This document shows, in pieces, positions 11,479 through 23,414 of a stretch of DNA of 64,000 nucleotides. The notes beneath the pieces are model-generated. The model was not told where the DNA came from and did no database searches. It saw only the letters and a list, made by a program, of their open reading frames with translations. Position 1 is the first letter of the stretch, and every line of letters begins with the position of its first letter. Source of the DNA: Carcharhinus amblyrhynchos (lineage: Eukaryota); contig OZ336887.1 of the NCBI GenBank assembly GCA_965287045.1, forward strand, positions 14,632,001 to 14,696,000, in the 5' to 3' direction. The position numbers and the translations under genes are program-made.

Positions 11479-12053
11479 GCTGACACCTGTTCATTAAAAA
11501 ATGGATGGTCTTTCACTTTGAGTAATGACTATATTTTCATACTTTGCTCAATCATCTCGTCTTATGGTAACATTTTTCCTCCTTCCATAGTGCCCATTTG
11601 AAGAAATACAGGTAAATTTTCATGAAACTCACCTGGTTTGTAACCCAAATTGCCCACTGCAAATGTTTGTCTGTATCTCTTGTCTGTTGTGCCATGCTGT
11701 ACTCATGAATGTCTCGTTCTTTTGGTGAAAGTTCAGACATTAGTTGCATCTTCATTTTGGTCTTTATGTCCTGTAAACCTGGTTGTGCAGCCTATGCAGT
11801 GGCAGATTTATGGTTTGGCCTGCTTGTTGGTGAGGAATGGAGGAGAGTGTGGTTTGAGTTGAAGGTGATACTTGACTGACTTGGCAGGGAAGAGACTGAA
11901 CTAGGGACTGGGGGAGTGCCACCATACTCAGCCCGAAGCTGGGAATCGCACAGACTTGCAGATCATAACCTCATGGAGACCAAAGCCAGGTGACGGAGCT
12001 TGCTAGGACCTGAAAAATCACATTGGCTGACTTCAAAATCATTGCTGTAATTA

Positions 12054-12252
12054 TCATAGAATCCCTAGAGTGCAGAAGGAGGCCATTCAGCCCATCAAGT
12101 CTGTACCTACTCTTTGGCAGAGTATCTTCCCCAGGGCCTCTCTCCTGCCCTATCTCCATAGCTTCACACATTTACCGTAGCTTATTCTAATCTACACATC
12201 TTGGGGCACTAAGGGGTAGTTCACCATGGCCAATCCACCGTACCAGCACATG
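12054..12252 (-). mobile_element. HE1-like SINE 3' part with CR1-derived tail
   Basis: tcatagaatccctagagtgcagaaggaggccattcagcccatc... is the reverse of the tails at 21150-21195 and 21600-21650. Confidence 0.75.
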
Positions 12253-14365
12253 TTGTGAGTTATTTGACATCTTATGATCCCACCTCTCCTGCACCACCTC
12301 TGCCTTTGAGCCTGTGTAGCTGTGCAAGAGATGATTTGTTTTTATGCCACCGGGTGTTAAAGTCAATGCATTTGTCTCTATGGTGCTTCTAACCTGTGTG
12401 AGATGGGTTCAATATGTAGCAGGAAAGAGCTGTCATTTGTTCTGATCTTTGTGATTATGTAAAGCAACAAGAATCTTTCTTGCTAAAGAAAATATTGCTG
12501 TTTGTCTAGGCCTTTATTGCAGTTCAGTATCCCACAAGTACTACCTGTAATATTTATCAGTCTGAATATGTAGTGAAAAAATATTAAAAAACACATGTTT
12601 TTGTTATAGTTTCTGGTCACAATTTTTTCATCTTTTCCTTCTCCCCTAAAGAGGTTGACTCATTGTTGTTCAGTGGACAATAGGTATCTGTCCTAAGGTG
12701 TCATTTCCCAGTCCTTATTAGTCATGCGTTAACTTTGACAGCAAGTGGTGGCAAGATATTCATCAGTGTTTCTGGTTTCCAAGTCATTAATGAACACAAT
12801 CATTGGAAATGCTACATCTTCTGACCGCAGGTAGCCTGACTGATCTTCTGCCTGTCATTCCATCAGGGCTTTTGGGATCAGAAAACAAATTTATAAATAT
12901 GCATCGTTCTCTTTCCAGCCACTCCAAAAGAAGCATTTGCCAAAATATTTTGATAACTTAATTAAGTGAGCTGTCAAACAATATCACTGGCGCTTGTACA
13001 CTGCTTGACTTTGCTGCCTCAGGGCAAATCTAATGAGTTCTGTTGGAAATGTGGAGATTAATATATGATCCTGATGGCTGTGATCGGGTTGTAAAAGAGT
13101 GAGCCAATTGAAAGCTTTGGATGACCTCATTAACTGAGAGCAAAGTTCGAGTTGACTCTCAAAGCCCTAAGATTGTACTCATCCTCTAACAGTTTTTATT
13201 TTATATTATTAGTGAATCCCGTTTTGCTTGAATGGTGGTCATGACTTTTTTTGATCTTATCAATTAGGTCTACCAGACTTTATAGAAAATCAGTGGGCCT
13301 AATTTAATGTAGATGACAGGCTCTCGCCCGCCGGCTAGAGATCTGGCAATAACTCCATGTCGTCTCATTTCGGGAAGGCCCATTGCATGAAATGCAATTC
13401 AGGCACTTAATTGGGCAGCAGCGGGCCTCCCCCTGGATCTAGCATCTTGCCTGCTGAGAGGTGCCAACCAGTCAGAGGCTGGCACCTCTTCATTGCTCAG
13501 CAATGCCACCAGGGAGGAGTTAGCTGCTGCCAGTAATGTTCCCCCACCTGAGGTCCAGGATTGCTGAGGGAGCCAACCACAAGTGAGTGAGTGGTGGCAA
13601 AAGGGGGATCGTGGGTAAAGTTCATGGATGACAAGGAGAGGGTCGGCAGCAAGGTCAGGGGGGTGGCTCTCAGTGGGCCCAGTTAAGTAACCCCATTTCC
13701 TAACTCACCATGAGGGGGCTATTAAATTCTGCCCAGTTTGTTTTACAAATTTGCTCTTTTGGTTGAATTACAGAAAGGATTCAGACTATGAGGATTTTCT
13801 TTCCTTCAATATGTTCTTTGTCACTCCAGTTCAGACAGGAAAGAAATGTTTGGTTTGAGCACCGTAGGTATGAGTGTGAAATTGGCTGAGCACTCATCCA
13901 ATGATGCTATCAGGAGGCACAAACCACTTTCAGGCTCAGGCCTCATGAACACTTTGTTGATGAGTTGTGAAGGACAAATAGGCAACCTATTATAGCTCAC
14001 CTGTTCCGTAGGGAGAAACATCAACCAGTTACCCCATGAGACAGTCAACAGGTCAGTCTTGTCTCGGGATGGATATGGGAGGCAGTTGGCGTAAACACCA
14101 AGAGGGGACACCTCCTGGCTTTCTTCTTTGGCTTGCTAATTGAGTCTCTCAGAGCCTGGAGAATTGGTAACTTTGACCCTCACAGTGATAACTGGACATG
14201 ACTGACTTTGCAGTGATGTTGTGATTGTAATTGTGCTGTTCCATATGTTAATAACTATGATAGTGATTATATAGATGAGTGCCAGGTACAAAGTGACAAT
14301 AGCACTTCTGGTTCTTTGTTTTCCCCTGTTTCTTCAGCCGTTACTTGTTATTTTGTTTTTGACAG

Positions 14366-14433
14366 TATTACAGAGGAGGACAATGATAGCATCTGCTGTT
14401 ACACCTTTGATGCCATGCAGATGGAAACAGATG
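14366..14433 (+). CDS. CARD11: CARD11 coding exon (linker)
   Basis: gacag|TATT...GATG|gtaaat; 68 nt, phase 2 to 1; (S)ITEEDNDSICCYTFDAMQMETD vs human STVEEDNDSGGFDALDLD. Confidence 0.9.
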
Positions 14434-14699
14434 GTAAATTTGTATTTTGACTAATTTTCTGATTAGTGAAGCGCAGACTAATAGCACCAAGCATTGATAA
14501 TACATTCATGTAATTCAATTTGGAGTCGGAGAGGGAGGGATACACGATCCGTTAGTTCAGGGTGACTCAGGGTGGGTAGAAGTTATATTGGATATGTGCA
14601 AACAAACATACGAATTAATTGCAGGAGTAGACAGACATTCAGCCCCTTGAGCCTTCTCTGCCATTTGATAAGATCACAACTGAGCTCATTTTCAATTAT

Positions 14700-15235
14700 A
14701 TAATGTTCTGAATAGACCTCATGTTGAATATTACATTCAGTTCTGGGCATACAGCTCAGAAGCAGCTTGGAGAAAGTACAGCTCAGATTTACCACAGAGA
14801 TACCTGGATAAAACAGCTGAATTATGAGAACAAGTCACTTGGACAAGGCTTGCATTTCCTTGAAAGGGAGAATTATTCTTTTGATTGAAGAATAAAGCTG
14901 ATCTGATTGAAGTATTTAAGATGATTAAAGCAATTGATAGAGAAGATTGAAAGTGTTCCTGTAGTGGAGGAGTTCAGAAACAGGGGCGGAACCTTAAAAT
15001 TAGAGCTAGACTTTTCCAAAATGATGTCAGGATGCACTTATTGACACAAACATTCATGGAAATCGCCCCCAAAAAGCTTTGACGTTGGGCCCATGGACAA
15101 ATTGATAGATTTTCATGAGGCAAGATTATTGAAGGTTGTGGAACAAAGCCAGGTGGATAGAGTTGACATTTCAATCACCCCATTTGAATGGCACAACAGA
15201 CTTTTAGGGCTGAATAGCCTCCAGTTCCAATGTTT
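14700..15235 (+). mobile_element. Degraded CR1 LINE 3' fragment
   Basis: gaatattacattcagttctggg...ttggagaaagtacag...agatttacc, similar to the CR1 ORF2 tail at 56150-56600. Confidence 0.65.
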
Positions 15236-15298
15236 CTTGTCTGCGCTCAGCTCAGTAATATTGACAAACTTCTAATTGGTCTTATTTTGTGAATGCAG

Positions 15299-15431
15299 AT
15301 GAATATCAGGACAGAATCTCTCACGGACCACCTTCCATCCATTCATCATCTTCATCACATCAATCTGAAGCTTTAGATTCATGTGAATTGGACCATATGA
15401 ACTCCATATTTAGAAAGTTTTCCTTGGAAAG
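15299..15431 (+). CDS. CARD11: CARD11 coding exon (linker, RKFSLE)
   Basis: tgcag|ATGAA...GAAAG|gtatgg; 133 nt; [43 protein letters not shown](R). Confidence 0.96.
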
Positions 15432-16462
15432 GTATGGGTGAATAAGTAAAGTTTTAATAATTATTCTGAGCGCAGCTACTCAATGTGGCGATACTTTGCT
15501 TTGAATATAGACATTTTTTGTTAAATTCACTGGGAATAATTTTGGCTTTATGGGGTAGTGTGAAACTAAAGCAAACTGACAGACCATTTATCATCATTCT
15601 TTGTTTTTATCTCCATTGAAGTTGAAATAAAAATGACGAGAAATGGAAGAAAGACTGCTAACTTGCTCTCACCTGTTCTATGCTGTCACACAAAGTCAAG
15701 CTCTATTCCACTGTAACTGAGACTGAAAATTGTGTGTGAGAAATACCACTGTAATGTAGCATCGATTTTCTTTCTGTTAGTTTGACTCGTGCCAGGATTT
15801 TATGGGGCCCAGTGAAGAGTGCTGCGATGTGGAGAGGGGGGTGAAAAATCACATCTGATGGCATGGGGTGGCTGGCATTTTATCAGCAGTAGGGAAGGAG
15901 GCAGACAGCCCCCCTACCCTGAGATCAAGTGAAGCCAGTTAAAGGCTACTTAAGATCCTCTTCCCTCTGCTGCTGATATTCTACATCCAGCCAGGGTGGG
16001 ATAGACTTTTATTATGTGAGGAGATTGTCAGATAAACCCTGATGGCCCCCTTGCAGATTGGGAGGCAAGCGAGCCCTTTGGACTGAGCCCATCTGTCCTC
16101 CTCCCAGTGACAAGGATCACCCCCTTGAAAGCACTCCCCTAACTTCACAAATGGCATCGCCATCTTCCTGGAACCTGCCTTTCTGGTATTAGTGAGCTGA
16201 CTTCCTGGTCAATCCTCTATTCTTGCTGGTTTTATCACTTTGCTGTTCCAGTAGTGAATACCGCTCCCAGTGGCCAATATGGAGCTGCTGACTATCTGAT
16301 CAGCTGACATCTCTTAGAGTGGAATCTCATTCCTTAAAGGGACACATGCCCTGAGAGCGGGCAGGTATTGGTGGTCCCATAACCAACCACGGCAGAGTTG
16401 ACTCTGACTTTCTACCTGGTGGACAGGCCATTGCAACCCCATAAGATCTGGTGTGGGAATGT

Positions 16463-16699
16463 TGATGTGGAGATGCCGGTGTTGGACTGGGGTAAACACA
16501 GTAAGAAATCTCTCAACACCAAGTTAAAGTCTAACCAGTTTATTTGATAGTAAACCCACAAGCTTTCGGAAATGCTGTTCCTTCATCAGGTGTATGGAAG
16601 GTTCTCCTGACGAAGGAACAGCGTTTCCGAAAGCTTGTGGGTTTACTATCAAATAAATTGGGTGGACTTTAACGTGGTGTTGTGAGACTTCTTACTGTG
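16463..16699. mobile_element. Palindromic Penelope-derived element with TSD and two hammerhead-like cores
   Basis: Inverted arms of about 94 bp (16497-16590 and 16606-16699) with a 15-nt spacer. Flanking near-direct repeat gtgggaatgttga (16453-16465) / gtggaaatgttga (16697-16709). Confidence 0.8.
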
Positions 16700-17378
16700 G
16701 AAATGTTGAACATTGGAGTAGCCACTGAATGAATAATGCATTGTTACATGTGCCACCCTTTGAATGAGGCAGTAAACTGTTAGTCAAGTGCTAAGGATCC
16801 CAAGAAACGTGCAGAGAGAAAATCAGAGGAGTTGTTAAAAGAATTGTCATCACCTACCTATTACCCAATGTTCAAAGTTCAAAATTCATCCCCATGAATT
16901 TTAATGGGAGACCGTGATAGAGATTGCATCTTTGATAATAAACTCTTATCACAAACTCCTATTAGTTTACAGCATCACAGATAATGATCTGTGAGAATTA
17001 CCCATCTTTTTGTCAGCATTTTGAATCATAGAATGATTATAGCATGAAATGAGGCCTCATGCATTCCCTGTACCCTGCAATTTTTTTCTTTTCATGGGGT
17101 TGGCCAAATTCCTTTTGCCCCAACGACACTGTCAGGCAGTGTGTTCCGTATACTGATCCCTCACTCCCTAATCAGGATTTTCGTCCTGTTCTGTTGGTTT
17201 TTTTTGTCCAACACATTAAGTCAGTGTCCTCAGGTTTTCGATCCTTTTGCCAACAGGAATGGTTTCTTTCTAGCTAGCCTGTCTTCACTCATCATAATTA
17301 TGTCCACCTCTATCCAACACTCTGATGAATACAAATGATTAGTGCCCTTGATTATTTTTCTTCTATGTATCCCTGTAG

Positions 17379-17580
17379 ACCCTTTCGTCCTTCTCTAAGC
17401 TCTGCCACCCAGATCAGTAATCCTTTGAAACATATGATGCACGCAACACTGAATGGTGATAACCTGGTGACCGAAATCTCCATTGTTGGTGGAAATGAGA
17501 GAGGCCTTTTCATTCGAACAGTACAGCTGGGTTCTGCTGCAGAGAAGGCAGGGCTGAAGGAAGGACACCAACTGATTTTG
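17379..17580 (+). CDS. CARD11: CARD11 coding exon (end of linker, N-terminal part of PDZ)
   Basis: tgtag|ACCC...TTTG|gtaaga; 202 nt; PFRPSLSSA...TLNGDNLVTEISIVGGNERGLFIRTVQLGSAAEKAGLKEGHQLIL. Confidence 0.97.
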
Positions 17581-18102
17581 GTAAGAATCATTGTGCAGTA
17601 CCACGAGGAAGTGGCAAGGTTTGAGAAATGTTGTTGCACTGGCTGATGCAGGAAAAAAGGAAATTGACAGATATAAATGCTAATTCACACCAGTGTTAGT
17701 ATTGAGAACATTGATTGTGTCCATCTAAAATGGAAAATGAGAATGCATTTTGAAAACTATACAGATAATCAAGTGTCTGCCTGATTGAAAAGCCAAGAAG
17801 CAATCTGAGATCTCTGACAAAGTGTAAGTGGTTATTCTCATTGCTGTTGCATCCTTATTGATAGGTACATGATTGTGTAGGATTGATTGTAAACTGTCTG
17901 GTAACAGATACAAGTCACCAGCCATTTTACAAGCAAATGTAAATTGAAACAAATTATTTATATTATCACAAAGCAGACAACACCAAGACCTGTACGATGA
18001 AGGTCAAAGGTTTTTTAACCAGGCACGTTTCAAAAGTTGAAATGAGCTTAAATTATCAGACACTGCTGCCTAAAACTCTATCTACATTCTCTGTTTGGAC
18101 AC

Positions 18103-18465
18103 TCAAGTGCCAGCTTGGCTTAGTGGTTTGCACATGTGCCTTTGAGTCAGAATGTTGGTCGTTCAAGAACTTGACTATTCTAGGCTCACAGCAACGCTAG
18201 GGGAATGCCACATTACAAGAGGAGCCATCTTTTGTATGTGAGGCTGCATCAGTCTCTTGCTTATCTTAAAAGAACAAGGGGATCTCAGAGCTACTTGGTC
18301 AATATTTATCCCTCAAACAACAGATTTTCAGCACTCCGTTTGTGCTGTACACAATAGATTATCACATTTGCCTGCCTAACAACAGTGACAATGTTGCAAA
18401 AGCATTTGAAGTATTTGAGGTGCCTTGGGACATTTTGAAGACATGAAAGATGCTAAGCAAATCTT
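18103..18465 (+). mobile_element. Deu/SacSINE-like SINE (degraded)
   Basis: tRNA-like head (ggcttagtgg...gagtcagaa), central ggtcaatatttatccctcaa, L2-type tail ttgggacatt...tgaaagatgcta. Confidence 0.6.
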
Positions 18466-18995
18466 CACAGAATGATAGTCCTGTATACTTGCAAGCCTCA
18501 TCAAAAAGTACATTGAATTTTGACATTAGTTTTGTTTTCTATGCTGGGCCTTGGACAATTATTATTTATTCATCATGGCAAAAGAAATGGGGAAATGAGG
18601 AGGATATCTTTTATGCAGCAATGTGTTATGATCTGGAACGCATGGCTAGAATGGATGAAAGTAGATTCAACATTAATTTTCAGAATGGAATTGAATATAT
18701 TCTTGAAAAGGAGAAACTTGTCAGGCTATTGACAAAGATCAGGGGAATGGGGCAAATAGATAGTTCTTTCAAAGAGCTAACTAAGACATAATCTGGTGAA
18801 TGGCCTCCTGCTTTGTACTCCACATGCATTGAAAAATGGGACTGCGAAATGTCTTGGAGCAAGGTTTTCCAGCCTGCCCTGCCACCAGGATCATCCAGTC
18901 CTACCAAAAGTCAATGGACTTTTAGCTGAGCAGCCAAATCGCACACAGCAGGTCCCACCACTAGAGAGCCAGAAGATCCTGGCCTGAGTTTTAGT

Positions 18996-19276
18996 TAAAG
19001 ATTATTTATTAGTGTCACAGGCTAACATTAACACTGCAATGAAGTTACTGTGAAAATCCCCTAGTTGCCACAGTCCGGCACCTGTTTGTATACACTGAGG
19101 GAGAATTTAGCATGGCTATTACACCTAACTAGCACATCTTTTGGACTATAGGAGGAAGCCTGAGCACCTGGAGGAAAGCCACGCAGACACAGGGGAGAAC
19201 GGACTGTGACCCAAGCCAGGAATCAAACCTGGGTCCTGGCACTGTGAGGCTGCAGCACTAACCACTGTGCTACTGT
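18996..19276 (-). mobile_element. HE1-like SINE
   Basis: Full-length reverse copy of the 11194/36410 type. Confidence 0.85.
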
Positions 19277-20347
19277 TGATGAAATAGCTAATCTAGTCTT
19301 TTTCAACAATTTATCTTTTGCTGTTTGTCGAATGGAAATATATAAGATGGGATGAACCAAGTGACTGCTCCAGTGGTTAGCTTTGCTGCCTCACAGCGCC
19401 AAACACCCAGGTTTGATTCTGGCCTTGGGTGATTGTCTGTGTGGAGCTTGCACATGACAGCTTCTCAATCACTCCATGTGGTGGCAAGTTCCACATTGTA
19501 ACCACTGTCTGGAGAAAGAAATTTACCCTGAAGTTTTTACTAGAATTGTTAATGACTCTTTAATCTTTATCACTCCTAGTTATGGACTGCACACCTCTAT
19601 AAAGTAGATAAATTTAATCTGTTTATTCACTTTCCACCTCCTAAGGTTGAGGCTGTATTGTTGTAGAGTTTGTGATTAGGTCAAACATGCCAATCGCGTG
19701 CAGTTCAACTGTGCCCTTAAAACTCTGAATATGCTAATTAGATTTCTAATTTCCTTCCTTCAGTGTAAACATTTGTATTTCAGAAAGGGTGTAATACAAT
19801 ATAAATAACTATCTGCAGTTCACTATAGAATTATTAATTAGAAGAGAATTAACCTTTACAAAAGACCTTAAATCACTCAGGAATTTATAAAGCAGCCTTA
19901 ATTAATCTTGAATGACAGGCTTTAAGATAGGGAAGTTGCTATATGTTTTTTTGTATTCTGGGGCTGAAATCTTATTTGTGGAATTAAAATTCCATTCCCA
20001 GGCAGTCCTACCAGACAACTTGCTAGTCTTGGGAAAAGGCCCCTTGAGACATTAAGGCAATTGTACCTTAATATTTATTGCCATAGCAACAGTAGATCAT
20101 ATTGTCCTTGCAGATACCGTGGGTTTTTTTTTACAGAAGATAAACTAATGTTGCCAGTTCTTCTTAAGGTTAGAGTTGAAAATTGGTTATGGCTCATTTT
20201 TGAGTGTGACCATTTCACACCTGTTGCTTTTGAAGTAGATACTGTGAGTGAAGGTATTGCTCGCTGCCTGCATGCTCAGCACGGGGCCAAACAGCATACA
20301 TTGCTGGCACATCTTGTGGAAGGGCTGCTTCTGGCAGCCTGTACTGA

Positions 20348-20588
20348 TGATGTGGAGATGCCAATGTTGGACTGCGGTAAGCACAGTAAGAAGTCTCATA
20401 ACACCAGGTTAAAGTCCAGCAAATTTATTTGGTTGCACAAGCCATAAGCTTTCTGTGTCTATATATGCCCTGTTTGTGAACACAACTCCCATTCACCTGA
20501 TGAAGGGGGCAGTGCTCTGAAAGCTTGTGGCTTATGCTACTAAATAAACCTGTTGGACTTTAACCTGGTGTTGTGAAACTTCTTACTG
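20348..20588. mobile_element. Penelope-derived inverted-repeat element with 12-bp TSD and a sense hammerhead-like core
   Basis: TSD agcctgtactga (20336-20347) / agcctgtattga (20589-20600). Inverted arms cagtaagaagtctc... / ...gaaacttcttactg. CAC-CTGATGA-AGGGGGCAGTGCTCT-GAAA-GCTT-GTG at 20494-20529. Confidence 0.8.
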
Positions 20589-20627
20589 AGCCTGTATTGA
20601 CAAAGGCTGCATGTTGGAGCTGCACTA

Positions 20628-20850
20628 ATGGAGCGTCAGGGAAGAAAGCGGACCCTTAGATTTCATGGCTGCTATGTTGGAGCTGGACAAGGAGAGAGAG
20701 AGAGATCATGTTTTTATTAGGAGGCCCTCAAGGACTATGTTCCAAAGGAAGTGGGAGACATGCTGAGGGAGCTTAGTGCCCAGAGTCTAGTCCAATTTAC
20801 TTGGCAGCAGAAACTTGAGAGAGTTTGATGGTCTCACTCAATGGTCAAGA
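20628..20850 (+). pseudogene. Decayed Harbinger Myb/SANT-like accessory ORF
   Basis: Broken frames MERQGRKRTLRF, RRPSRTMFQRKWE, ELSAQSLVQFTWQQ, EFDGLT resemble the RF...W...RTWxQ..KFNDL pattern of Harbinger Myb-like proteins. Confidence 0.55.
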
Positions 20851-20877
20851 CCAGTGAGCGTATCTTCACATGACACG

Positions 20878-21195
20878 GATGGCACAATGACGCAGTGGTT
20901 AGCACTGCTGCCTCACAGCACCAGGGACCCAGGTTCAATTCTAGTTTTGTGTCACTGTCTGTGCAGTTTTCACATTCTCCCCTTGTCTGCATGGGTTTCG
21001 TCCAGGTGCTCCAGTTTCCTCCCACAATCTAAAGGTGTATGGGTTAGGTTGATTGGCCATGCTAAATTGCCCCATAGTGTCAGGGGGATTAGCTGGGTAA
21101 ATATGTGAGGTTATGGGGATAGGGCCTGGGTGGGATTGTGGTCAGTGCAGATTCGATGGGCCAAATGGCCTCCTACTGCACTGTAGGAATTCTTT
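20878..21195 (+). mobile_element. HE1-like SINE (CR1-tail subtype)
   Basis: cagtggttagcactgctgcctcacagc head; tail gatgggccaaatggcctcctactgcactgtagg. Confidence 0.85.
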
Positions 21196-21320
21196 GAGAC
21201 ATCTCCTGCCCACCATTCCACCAGCCTTGCGTGGTGCTCAATAACCCCATCACCCCAAGGAAATCTGTCTGTATCTGGTAGGGGAAATTTGGTATGTCTG
21301 CGATGACTTTCACCAATTTT

Positions 21321-21650
21321 AGGGTGGCACAGTGGTTAGCAGTGCTGCCTCACAACTCCAGAGACCTGGGTTCAATTCCTGGCCTTGGGTCACTGTGTGG
21401 AGTTTGCACATTCTCCCCATGTCTGCGTAGGTTTCCTCCAGGTGTTTTGGTTTCTTCACACAGTCCAAAGCTGTGCAAATAAGGTGGACTGGCCATGCTA
21501 AATTGCTTCTTAGTGTCCCGGGATGTGTATGTTAGAGAGATTAGCAAGGTAAATATGTGGGGTTTCGCGGATAGGGCCTGGGTAGGATTGTTATTGGTGC
21601 AGACTCGAAGGGCCGAATGACCTCCTTCTGCACTGTAGGGGTTCTATGAT
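21321..21650 (+). mobile_element. HE1-like SINE (CR1-tail subtype)
   Basis: Second tandem copy with the same head, body and tail. Confidence 0.85.
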
Positions 21651-21864
21651 CACTAACCCAGCAGTAATTCCTGGCATTCAGGTTCACTCCTAACACCCAC
21701 ATACACTTACTTCTCGCATGTCCAAATAGCCTCATACCCAGTTCTCACAGACCTCCAAAGAACAAAGAACAACACAGCACGGGAAACAGGCCCTTCGGCC
21801 CAACGAGCCCACACCGCCATCTTAACAATGTATTTTTCCTACACCACCCTTGACCCGTGTCTAT

Positions 21865-22290
21865 GCTTATGGGGATATGCCAGGCCATGAGGTTACAGAT
21901 TGTGGTCGAGTACAATTCTGTTGCTGCTGATGAGGACCTCATGTGGACCTCAGCACTTCATGGATGCCCAGTTTTGCTGGATCTGTTCAAAATCTATCCC
22001 ATTTAGCACGGTGGTAGCACCACACAATACAGTGGAGGATATGTTCATTGTGAAGATAGGAGTTTGTCTCCACAACGACTGTGCAGTGGTCACTCTTACG
22101 AATACTACTGATATTCTTATGGACAGACGCATTTGCAGCAGGCAGGTTGGTGAGAATGAGGTCAAGCATGTTTGTCCCTCTTCTTGGTTCCCTCACTACC
22201 TGCAACAGAGCCAGCCTAACAACCATGTCCTTTAGGTCTCAGCTAACTGAGTTTTGTGGTGGTTCTTCCGAGCCACTCTTGATGACGGAC
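21865..22290 (-). mobile_element. Non-LTR retrotransposon APE-endonuclease fragment
   Basis: Minus ORF QVVREPRRGTNMLDLILTNLP...SDHCTV...WCYHRAKWDRF contains the LDL..TN and SDH motifs of APE endonucleases. Confidence 0.75.
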
Positions 22291-23414
22291 ATTGATACGA
22301 GAACTGACAATGGTTTCATCATTGACTTTTAATTCCAGATAGTAATTGAATTCAAGTTCCACCCTCCACCATGGTGGAATTTGAACCACAGTCCCCAGAG
22401 CATTTCCCTGGGGCAATTTTTACCTTTGGATTACAAGTGCAGTGACAGAACCATTAAGACTCTTCTGAGACCCTGTAATGATTCTGTTTTATTGAACAGT
22501 CTCAACATTGCCAATCTGGCCTCATAACTGAAATTTCTCATGCCTGGAAGCACTGTTATAAACCTCTTCCGCACTCTCTCCAATGTGTTCACATTCATCC
22601 TATGACACCCAGAACTGTACACAATATACAGCTGAGTGGCTGAGATCTAATTATTGCTATAACTGCAATCTCCAAAATTACCAAAGACCATCACAACAGA
22701 ATCAATGTAGGCCCTGTCCTGTGGATCTCTTTTTGTAAAGTCATGTAATGCAATTCTGGAGTTAACAATTGTTCTGTCAATGACATGGCATCAGTGGAAT
22801 CCCTTTCCCAACACCAGTGTGTACTGATTTTTATTCTGTAAACTTGCTTGAGCAGGTTATTTCTTATGTTAACATGTGGGGGCGGAGGTGGATTTGATAA
22901 GACATGGGTCAGGTAGGAGGCTCTGGTTCGGAGGCAGACTGCATTAATCTAGCACCTACAACATTAGTAAGTGTACCAAGGCACTTCACTGATATAACAC
23001 TGACAACTAGCTCACAGGAGGAGACAGAAAGGGCTAGAGTTTGGGCTCCAGCTAGGGCCAAAATGGAAGGCAGCTGGAAGCTAAGAACAGCTGTGTCAGC
23101 TGGAGTGGTTTGACAACTCCATCCTGCCTCCAGACCATGTTCGTGGAAGGGAGTTTGGCAGCCAGCAGGGCTACCTGACTGCAACAATTGGACACATTAA
23201 AGACCACTGGACCAATTAAAGGAGGCTTTCCAGTCTGGTTTCTGCATGTGGTAGGGGCTGGTTTAGGTCCCCGAAGATGGCGTCCCAGCAGAATTAGGCC
23301 AGAGGGCCAGTGTTTCAATCAGCCCTAGAGGCACTTGCTGAGGTGCAGGAGCAGCCAGAGGTCACTCTCCTCCCTCCCACCCCGCAGAGTGGGGGTCTGG
23401 AGAGAGTAGAGATT

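Noticed and set aside
16463-20600. CRISPR-like or regularly spaced repeat array
   Set aside because: The repeats are dispersed transposon copies with no constant repeat-spacer periodicity.
21927-21955. Hammerhead core at CTGATGAGGACC
   Set aside because: No GAAA box. It is a small tandem duplication (ggacctca x2) inside a LINE fragment.
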